Shown here: positions 9,876 to 16,983 of the stretch, piece by piece
Numbering within the stretch: the stretch's first letter is position 1
How the letters are laid out: each line of letters begins with the position of its first letter
From: an uncultured Bacilli bacterium
GTDB lineage: Bacteria > Bacillota_I > Bacilli_A > RF39 > UBA660
Reading direction: 5' to 3'
NCBI GenBank assembly: GCA_934096715.1
Contig: CAKOMQ010000004.1
Span: forward strand, 2,051-66,050
Length of the DNA: 64,000 bases
Program-made: the position numbers and the translations under genes
Notes under the pieces: generated by a model
Database searches by the model: none
What the model was told of the DNA's origin: nothing
Seen by the model: only the letters and a program-made list of their open reading frames with translations

Positions 9876-10588
9876 TTAAAACTCCTTTTTTGTTGCAATC
9901 TTAAATCTTTTAAGTTAGTTTCATCTTTATGTTTTTCATAGAATTCAGGACTAAACCAAACATTTTTAGCATAATTAACTCTTTCTTCTTTTGTTAGTTT
10001 AATTCTTTTTGATTTACTACTCTTCTTCATTGATGCTTCAATATTCTTTTTAAAGAAGAATTCTCCTATATAACTAATAAGAGTTAAAAATTCCATGATT
10101 ATACCTGGAGATAATGTTAATAAATACAAAGTATTCTTATTATTTAGATTATCTATATCAGAAACAAAGAATGTAAGTACTATAGAAAGTGCTAAAAACC
10201 ATACTTTAACCTTTCCTATAATATTAGATTTTATATTCATATTAAACTTATATTTCATAAATTGTACTATACATATAAGAAACTCTATTAAAAGAGGTAT
10301 AAGAGCTATATCTCCTACTATTATGTATAGCACTATATAGTTAACTATTGTAAATAATTTATCAGCTGCACCGTCAAAAAGCGCTCCAAAAAATGTTGAT
10401 ACTTTCCAAAATCTTGCAAGTATACCATCTAGTACATCAGATAAGTAAATAAATATTGTCATTATTCCAATCGTAAATCCACTAAAGTGCCTAGACATAA
10501 ACAGAACCAAGAAAGTACCTATTATTCTAATAAAAGTAATTGAATTAACAATAACAAGTTCAGAATTTTTGCTCATTTTTTCACCCAC
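9872..10588 (-). CDS. CDP-alcohol phosphatidyltransferase family protein
   Basis: 238 aa. DVLDGILAR-x8-G-x3-DGAADK fits the D-x2-DG-x2-AR...G-x3-D-x3-D signature. Confidence 0.7.
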   Translation of the reverse strand: MGEKMSKNSELVIVNSITFIRIIGTFLVLFMSRHFSGFTIGIMTIFIYLSDVLDGILARFWKVSTFFGALFDGAADKLFTIVNYIVLYIIVGDIALIPLLIEFLICIVQFMKYKFNMNIKSNIIGKVKVWFLALSIVLTFFVSDIDNLNNKNTLYLLTLSPGIIMEFLTLISYIGEFFFKKNIEASMKKSSKSKRIKLTKEERVNYAKNVWFSPEFYEKHKDETNLKDLRLQQKRSFK

Positions 10589-10742
10589 TTAATAAATAGA
10601 TTATATCAAATTTTAACTATATAAACTAGATATTTTTACTATTATGAATAATATTATTATGAATATTAACCATAGTATTAGTTTGAATAAAGCTGTTTCT
10701 TTATCATTCTTTTTTCTTTTAAATATATTCTTAATATTCATA

Positions 10743-11651
10743 TTATTTCCTATTCTTTAGACCATTTAAATAACTTTTAATATCCATTTCTTTTTTACCA
10801 GCAGGTTTAATTATATCTATATATACATATCCATCTAGACATTCAATATATAATTCTTTATTATTGATAACTACGTTCCCTACTCTAGTATTATCTTTTT
10901 TTATAAAATGTGCTTTCTTTATTTTTATTTCTTCATCATTTATTTTAGTATTAACAAGTGGCGCTGGTGAAAAAGCTTTTATTTTATTTATAATACTTTC
11001 TCCATTATTATTAAAATCTAGTTCTTCCATATCTCTTGTAATCATCGGAGCAAGTGTACTTAAAGAATCATCTTGTTTAATTCTACTTATGTTGCCATTT
11101 ATAATATTTTCAAGATTCTTTTCTAGAATAATACTTCCAAGTTTAGATAACTCTTCATGAACACTTCCATTATCATCAGTATCTTTAATAGTATAGGTAA
11201 CTTTATCAATCATATCTCCTGTATCCATACCAACATCCATATACATTAAAGTAATACCTGTTTCTTTTTCTCCATTCATAATTGCCCATTCAATCGGAGC
11301 ACTTCCCCTATACTTTGGTAGTAATGATGCATGAATATTTATACAACCATACTTAGGATAATCAAGTATTACACTTGGTAATATTTTTCCATAAGCACAA
11401 GTTATAATTAATTCTGGATCATACTTAAGAATATCTTCATACTCTTTTTTTAAGCTATCTGGAGTAAGTACATCAATTCCATACTCCAACGCTCTTTTCT
11501 TAATTGGAGATGGTGTTAATACTTTTTTTCTTCCTATATAAGCATCTTTTTTAGTTACAACTGCCACCACATCACATAGTTTTACTACACTTTCAAATAC
11601 ATTTAAAGAAAATTCAGGTGTTCCCATAAATATTGTTCTAACTTTTTTCAT
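10743..11651 (-). CDS. fmt: Methionyl-tRNA formyltransferase
   Basis: 302 aa. FMGTPEF N-terminus and HASLLPKYRGSAPI motif. Confidence 0.9.
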   Translation of the reverse strand: MKKVRTIFMGTPEFSLNVFESVVKLCDVVAVVTKKDAYIGRKKVLTPSPIKKRALEYGIDVLTPDSLKKEYEDILKYDPELIITCAYGKILPSVILDYPKYGCINIHASLLPKYRGSAPIEWAIMNGEKETGITLMYMDVGMDTGDMIDKVTYTIKDTDDNGSVHEELSKLGSIILEKNLENIINGNISRIKQDDSLSTLAPMITRDMEELDFNNNGESIINKIKAFSPAPLVNTKINDEEIKIKKAHFIKKDNTRVGNVVINNKELYIECLDGYVYIDIIKPAGKKEMDIKSYLNGLKNRK

Positions 11652-11675
11652 AATCTTTCTCCTTCACTATTTAGT

Positions 11676-11697
11676 AAAAAAGCAACCTAAGTTGCTT
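11676..11697 (-). terminator. Intrinsic terminator between the surface-protein gene and fmt
   Basis: Minus strand reads aagcaac-ttag-gttgctt followed by a T-run. Confidence 0.6.
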
Positions 11698-11706
11698 AAC
11701 ACCGGA

Positions 11707-11733
11707 TGCAAAATCGACTGCGTCGATTTTGCA
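11707..11733 (-). other. 12-bp-stem hairpin 16 nt after the stop codon of the 515-aa gene, upstream of its real terminator
   Basis: tgcaaaatcgac-tgc-gtcgattttgca is a perfect inverted repeat and lies inside the GC-elevated tract. Confidence 0.6.
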
Positions 11734-11748
11734 CTATTATCGAACGCC

Positions 11749-13296
11749 CTATTGGATCATGAACGGATCGTCCAAAGAGCCTTCACCGCTTAAAAATGCT
11801 TGATTCGACGTAAGATAGAAGACTGGGCGCACCGCACCAGAAACATTCACGTAGTAGTTGGACACGTAACCATTGTCATTGACACCCCACGCATAGCGGT
11901 AGCCACTACCATTAACTCCAGTACGAGAAAGTGTCCATTCCCATGAATCCTTTGCAGTATCATTATTACTTGGATGCATCCAGCCTGTTTTTAGTGTATC
12001 TTTGTTATCAACAGTACTTCCTGTTATTGCTAAAGCACTTGAACCTAATGATAATGTATAATCACTTACATACATTAAGCCTATTTTTGCACTTGGTGTT
12101 GTCCATTCGCCAACTGTACTTGTTTTCGTACTTCTATTCATTTCATGTAAATATATTTGGCCTGGTGTTAAACTGATGTAATAATTTGGTCCATTACTTC
12201 CATCGGATGTTTTTGTATTTACTGCACTCCATGTCCAATTTTCTATACGATTACTCCATTCTGTATTTTGCAAGTAATCATATTTTGCACTTGTTAAGAA
12301 ATAACTTCCGTTAAGTCTTTTATACATATCACTGTTTTCCCATGATATATCTGTATTATAGTCCGGATGCCATGCATAGTAACCTATTTCATTACCTAAT
12401 TGTTTATATTTAATTAGTTTAACATGGCTATCTCCATTTGCATCTGAGAATACTCCAAGCACTCTATACATATATTTATCTTGATTTGCTGTACAAGTAG
12501 ATTTATCTGTTGTACCAAAACATATAAAGTTATTTGGATTTGTACTAGTTCCTACTGCCCCACTTCCTGTATATCTATAGCCATCGCCTTCTAGTCCACT
12601 TTGCCATAATTTTCCACTTGCTATTAATTTATCTGCTAGTGGTGTTGAGTCAGCATGTAATTTACAAGAAAATGCTTTTTTATCTCCACTTGTATATGGT
12701 TCTATTTTTATTGTGTATGAATTACCTACTAATTTATCTTGAGTAGTTGCTGTATTTGTTATACTACTTGTTAGTGGTATTGATACACTATTTCCTTTTG
12801 TTAAGTTTTTAATTTCTCCACTTACTATAATGCCTGTAGTTCCAGCAGTTGTAAGTTCCTTAAGAGTCATAGTCTTATCTCCTACTACTACTTTTACATC
12901 ATTATCTGAGTTATCAGTGATTGGAGTTGTTACAGTTGCTGTTACTTTATAATTATAAGTACAGTCTAGTGCTTCATCTCCTTCTGGTAAACTTGCTGTT
13001 GCTAATATGTAATTTGGATTAGTAGTTAGTGCTAGTCCATTTTCATTTTCATTAGCATAATAAGTCTTTCCTGCATTTGCTTGACTCATTAAGTTTGCAT
13101 CTAAATTTAAATATAACTTAGATGTTTTAATTTGCATTGTTGGATTTCCTAAGTTGTTGGCTTTACCTGTTACCTTAGCACCTGTTTGATCATTACTTGC
13201 ATTAATACTAAAGTACGCATATGTTCCACCTATTAATAGTAATAGAGCAAAAGTGAATGCTACAACTATAAGTTGCTTTTTGTTCATATTTTTCAT
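11749..13296 (-). CDS. Secreted surface protein, paralog A: SipW-type signal peptide, TasA/camelysin-like region and DUF1566/C-type-lectin-like C-terminal module
   Basis: 515 aa. N-terminus KKQLIVVAFTFALLLLIGGTYAYFS matches the SipW-cognate signal class (GGT.A.F). C-terminal ...EWTLSR...YAWGVNDNGYV...GAVRPVFYL resembles the W..S...AW.V...G.....VR.V ending of DUF1566/DUF6273-type lectin-like domains. Confidence 0.75.
   Translation of the reverse strand: MKNMNKKQLIVVAFTFALLLLIGGTYAYFSINASNDQTGAKVTGKANNLGNPTMQIKTSKLYLNLDANLMSQANAGKTYYANENENGLALTTNPNYILATASLPEGDEALDCTYNYKVTATVTTPITDNSDNDVKVVVGDKTMTLKELTTAGTTGIIVSGEIKNLTKGNSVSIPLTSSITNTATTQDKLVGNSYTIKIEPYTSGDKKAFSCKLHADSTPLADKLIASGKLWQSGLEGDGYRYTGSGAVGTSTNPNNFICFGTTDKSTCTANQDKYMYRVLGVFSDANGDSHVKLIKYKQLGNEIGYYAWHPDYNTDISWENSDMYKRLNGSYFLTSAKYDYLQNTEWSNRIENWTWSAVNTKTSDGSNGPNYYISLTPGQIYLHEMNRSTKTSTVGEWTTPSAKIGLMYVSDYTLSLGSSALAITGSTVDNKDTLKTGWMHPSNNDTAKDSWEWTLSRTGVNGSGYRYAWGVNDNGYVSNYYVNVSGAVRPVFYLTSNQAFLSGEGSLDDPFMIQ
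11821..11930 (-). other. GC-rich, adenine-poor NNY-codon patch in paralog A (DGR variable-region-like)
   Basis: Hand count gives 59 G+C in 11801-11920 (120 nt), against a very AT-rich surrounding. Of the 31 codons between LSR and RPVFYL, only one ends in A. Genome-atypical codons cgc, gcg, ggc, gtc, tac and aac are used. Confidence 0.4.
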
Positions 13297-13444
13297 TATT
13301 TACCTACTCTTTCTAGATTAATTTTATAATATTTTTAAACTGTTTTCAAGTTAAACATTGGTGAAATATGTAATTTAGGATTTTATCCCATAAATACGGC
13401 AAATTTTAGATGTTTATCACAAAATTCCGACCATTTTCAAGTAA

Positions 13445-13492
13445 TTTTACACATTTTTCCGACTATTTTTAACTATTTTTACACATTTTTCC
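13445..13492. promoter_or_regulatory. Two copies of ttttacacatttttcc, 32 bp apart, upstream of paralog A
   Basis: Exact 16-mers at 13445-13460 and 13477-13492, with actattttt also duplicated between them. They lie ~150-195 bp upstream of the start codon at 13296. Confidence 0.25.
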
Positions 13493-13522
13493 AGAAATGT
13501 TATTAAAAAAAGAAATATATTT

Positions 13523-14047
13523 CTATACTTCTTTGTTCTTTAATAAATATAATGATATTGGTTCCATTAATTCTAATATACCATGGATATAGAAGAAGAA
13601 ACCTACTACTAGCATTTGTTCATTTGGTTCATTTAAGTTAATTGCACATATTATACCAGTAGATATAAATAATATCATTGTTATAAATTTAATTAACCAC
13701 TCTTTACTTTTTCTATCATGATAGTAATCACTTTTTTTAAGTTTAATAAGACTCATTACTATTACCCATAACATGATTAATAATGCTAAGTGAAATGGTT
13801 TTTCTAAATCTAGTATGTAGACTAATACAAGTCCTAGAATACAAGCAATAAATGTAAATAATCCGTCGTAGTCTTTAGTCTTATATACTAAGATAAATTT
13901 ATATAAACTAATAAATCCAAATATACTAAACATAAGTATAAATACTAGTTCAATATCATTATTATCAAATAATGGTAACGCTAAAACTATTATTCCGAAT
14001 AATACAAGGACAATTGAGTTTATAAGTTCGATAGTTCTTTTTTTCAT
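13523..14047 (-). CDS. Multi-pass membrane protein (possibly HdeD/DUF308-like)
   Basis: 174 aa, ~6 hydrophobic segments, no catalytic motif. Confidence 0.35.
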   Translation of the reverse strand: MKKRTIELINSIVLVLFGIIVLALPLFDNNDIELVFILMFSIFGFISLYKFILVYKTKDYDGLFTFIACILGLVLVYILDLEKPFHLALLIMLWVIVMSLIKLKKSDYYHDRKSKEWLIKFITMILFISTGIICAINLNEPNEQMLVVGFFFYIHGILELMEPISLYLLKNKEV

Positions 14048-14085
14048 ATATCTTCACTTCCTACTTAAATTATATTTTATTTTAA

Positions 14086-14781
14086 TTATTTTTTCAAGTT
14101 ATTAATAGCACCATAACGACGGTCTTTATTATTAAAATAATCTATTGCATCATCTAATTCTTTACTATTAAAATCTGGAAAATAAGTATTACTAAAATAT
14201 AATTCAGCATAAGATGCTTGGTATAACATAAAGTTGGATAGTCTAACTTCTCCACCTGTCCTTATAAGTAAGTCTATTGGTGGTAAATTATTATATAAAT
14301 ATTTATAGAAATTCTCTCTAGTTAGATTTTCTTTATTAGATATACTTGCATATTTTAAACATGCATCTACTATTTCTTCTTGTCCACCATAATTTAGACA
14401 TATATTAAATATTCCATTTTTATTATCTTTAGTTTTAACTGTAATATTATTAATAGCGTCTAAAACGTCACTTCTTAAGTTTTCTTTTCTACCACTTATA
14501 ACTACTTTAATACCTTTTTTTATTATTTTATTTAATTTCTTATTAAAGTAGTTAACAAGTAGATTCATTAAATTATCTACTTCTTCTTGATCTCTTTTAA
14601 AGTTATCAGTACTAAAAGCATAAACACTTAATACTTTTATCCCTTTATCAAAAGCGTATAAAGATATATCTTCTAAAGTTTTAGCTCCTGCTTTATGTCC
14701 TTCACTTCTTTTTTTATTTCTTTCTGTTGCCCATCTACCATTACCATCCATGATAATAGCAACATGATTAGGTATATTCAT
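14086..14781 (-). CDS. uppS: Isoprenyl transferase (undecaprenyl-diphosphate synthase)
   Basis: 231 aa. HVAIIMDGNGRWA and RTGGEVRLSNF motifs. Confidence 0.9.
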   Translation of the reverse strand: MNIPNHVAIIMDGNGRWATERNKKRSEGHKAGAKTLEDISLYAFDKGIKVLSVYAFSTDNFKRDQEEVDNLMNLLVNYFNKKLNKIIKKGIKVVISGRKENLRSDVLDAINNITVKTKDNKNGIFNICLNYGGQEEIVDACLKYASISNKENLTRENFYKYLYNNLPPIDLLIRTGGEVRLSNFMLYQASYAELYFSNTYFPDFNSKELDDAIDYFNNKDRRYGAINNLKK

Positions 14782-14841
14782 ATATTCATTCCTTCCAAGT
14801 AATAAGTATACATTAAATTATATGGTTAGTGCAACTAAATA

Positions 14842-16377
14842 TTATGGAGTAATCATATATGGATCAGTAAGTGTACCTGTACCAGTTTTTCTTGTTACTT
14901 TACTGTCTAAATAGAATACTGGTCTTATTCCGTAGTCTGTTGTAACATTTGTATTAGTGATATAACCATTTGGATTAATAGTCCAGCTATAATTTGTTGT
15001 TGCACTAGATGTTCCTAAACCATAAGATGCTGTAGTATGTTCTGTATTATAGTTACCTGTAGTGTTTCCATATTTATTATTACCTAGGAATAACCAACTA
15101 GTTTTTAATGTACTTTGATTAGAATAAGTCCCAGTAGTCATACTCTTAGCTGTATCTCCTAGTGATAATACGTAATCACTAACATTCATAGCAACTATTT
15201 TTAATGTGTTATCATGCCATTGTCCAGTTGTTGTTGTTTTTCCAGTTCTATTCATTTCATGTAAATATATTTGACTTGGAGATAAACTATTATAGTAATT
15301 AGGACCACCTTCAAGCGTTAAAGTAACTACATCTCTTTTGCCTTCTTCACTTATGGCTGCTAACCACGCACTAGATTCTCCGAGATAATCGTATGTTTGA
15401 TTACCAATAAATAAATTTGGCATAGATGTTGCACTAGGAGAATTCCCATTTAGTCTATTAGATAATACATTTGGACCGAAAGATAGAATTCCTTGACCAA
15501 ATCTAGTACCTGCTGTAAATGCAGCGTTTGATGATAAACTAGTTAGTTTTATAAGTTTAGTATAGTTATCAAATACGCCAATAATTCGATACATATATTT
15601 ATCAGGATTACTTTTACATGTTTCTTGATCTATTGTACCAAAACAGACAAAGTTAGATGGAGTTGTACTTGTATTGTAGGCTCCTGTTCCAACAAAACGA
15701 TAGCCATCACCTTCTAGTCCACTTTGCCACATATTACCATTCTTGATTAAATAATCTGATAAAGGAATTTCTTTTTCGGTATCTTCTTCAGGTATATCTG
15801 GATCAATATACTTACCAGTATTAAGATTATTTTTACCATAGTAATTTATAATAAAATCATTATAAGTATAGTTATTATCTTTACTTTCTTTCTCTTTTTC
15901 ATAAACAGGAATAACTATTTTTAAATACGTATTACCTTTATTATTATTATCTCCTAGTTTAATAGATATATTTTCTACATCTACTTCTAAGTCTTCGCTT
16001 AATCCCCAGATAGCGTTCTTTCCATAAGCATCATTATAAACTATTTCATATAAATCATTTTCTTCTTTATTAACAAGAATAATAGATTTACCTACTAAAG
16101 TATTTATCGTAATCATTGTTTTATCATCACTTAATATAACTGGTATTGGTTCTTCATCGTTGTAAGCTAGACCAAAGTGAATTAAATTCTCTTGTACATT
16201 ATCAACAAGAAGGTCTCTCATAACATTGTCATCATAGTTTTTATCCATTTCATTAAAAGCTAAATTATTTACTAAGGTATGCAAAAAAATTAATATTACA
16301 GATAATAATACTATACTTACTATAAGTTCTATTAATGTCATCCCTTTATTATTTTTCATATAATTATATTCTATCAT
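14842..16377 (-). CDS. Modular type IV pilin-like protein, paralog B: prepilin N-terminus plus the same DUF1566/lectin-like module
   Basis: 511 aa. Class III signal KNNKG/MTLIELIVSIVLL with Glu at +5. The C-terminal ~300 aa align with paralogs A and C (MWQSGLEGDGYRF...FVCFG...DKYMYRIIGVF...GIRPVFYL). The real start may be the internal Met at 16359. Confidence 0.75.
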   Translation of the reverse strand: MIEYNYMKNNKGMTLIELIVSIVLLSVILIFLHTLVNNLAFNEMDKNYDDNVMRDLLVDNVQENLIHFGLAYNDEEPIPVILSDDKTMITINTLVGKSIILVNKEENDLYEIVYNDAYGKNAIWGLSEDLEVDVENISIKLGDNNNKGNTYLKIVIPVYEKEKESKDNNYTYNDFIINYYGKNNLNTGKYIDPDIPEEDTEKEIPLSDYLIKNGNMWQSGLEGDGYRFVGTGAYNTSTTPSNFVCFGTIDQETCKSNPDKYMYRIIGVFDNYTKLIKLTSLSSNAAFTAGTRFGQGILSFGPNVLSNRLNGNSPSATSMPNLFIGNQTYDYLGESSAWLAAISEEGKRDVVTLTLEGGPNYYNSLSPSQIYLHEMNRTGKTTTTGQWHDNTLKIVAMNVSDYVLSLGDTAKSMTTGTYSNQSTLKTSWLFLGNNKYGNTTGNYNTEHTTASYGLGTSSATTNYSWTINPNGYITNTNVTTDYGIRPVFYLDSKVTRKTGTGTLTDPYMITP

Positions 16378-16437
16378 TATTTTTTCTATTAGACAATCTT
16401 AATATATTTTGTTATTATATATATAAGGATAAAGAAT

Positions 16438-16983
16438 ATGAAGAATAAAAATGGATTTGTATCAATGACAACTATTTTAACATTAGTATTAACTGTAAGT
16501 AGTCTTCTCTTACTTAATTTAACTGTGCTTATAGATGAAAAAGCGCTTACTAATAAAATAAAAGATAATTCTAGAAATAATATTAAGTCTTCTGATGAGC
16601 CTTATTGTTATTGGTCTGATGAAACTACATTAGTTATACCTTATGAAAGTAAAGATAAAAAAGCTAGTGGTACTGTTTCTTTAAATTGTTATCATCCTAA
16701 TACGATATCATTAAAGAATGACTTAACACTTGAAGGATTAGCTAATAAAGAATTATATAAGTCTTCTAGTGATTATTTATCAATAGATGAAATAAATCCT
16801 AGCGAGTTATCTGGTGGTTATGGATATAAAATTATATTCTCTATTAGTAGTACTAAATTAACTAGTGATGATAATTATTACACAATTACTTTAAACGAAG
16901 GTTTATTTTGTTATAACAATATTTGTAATGAAGAAGTTGTTAGTAACAAGATAAAAGTGGCGAAGGAGTATAATCATGAATAA
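16438..16983 (+). CDS. Minor pseudopilin-like protein (non-canonical N-terminus)
   Basis: 181 aa. KNKNGFVSMTTILTLVL has a Gly-Phe cleavage-like site followed by a hydrophobic helix but lacks Glu+5. Overlaps the next pilin gene by 8 nt. Confidence 0.4.
   Translation: MKNKNGFVSMTTILTLVLTVSSLLLLNLTVLIDEKALTNKIKDNSRNNIKSSDEPYCYWSDETTLVIPYESKDKKASGTVSLNCYHPNTISLKNDLTLEGLANKELYKSSSDYLSIDEINPSELSGGYGYKIIFSISSTKLTSDDNYYTITLNEGLFCYNNICNEEVVSNKIKVAKEYNHE

Noticed and set aside
14920-15040. The A-rich homologous loop of pilin paralog B acting as the template repeat for paralog A
   Set aside because: The loop from the conserved Trp to RPV has the same length (20 codons). However, the codon-by-codon comparison shows many T-to-C and C-to-G differences as well as A substitutions, so it is not a template/variable-region pair.
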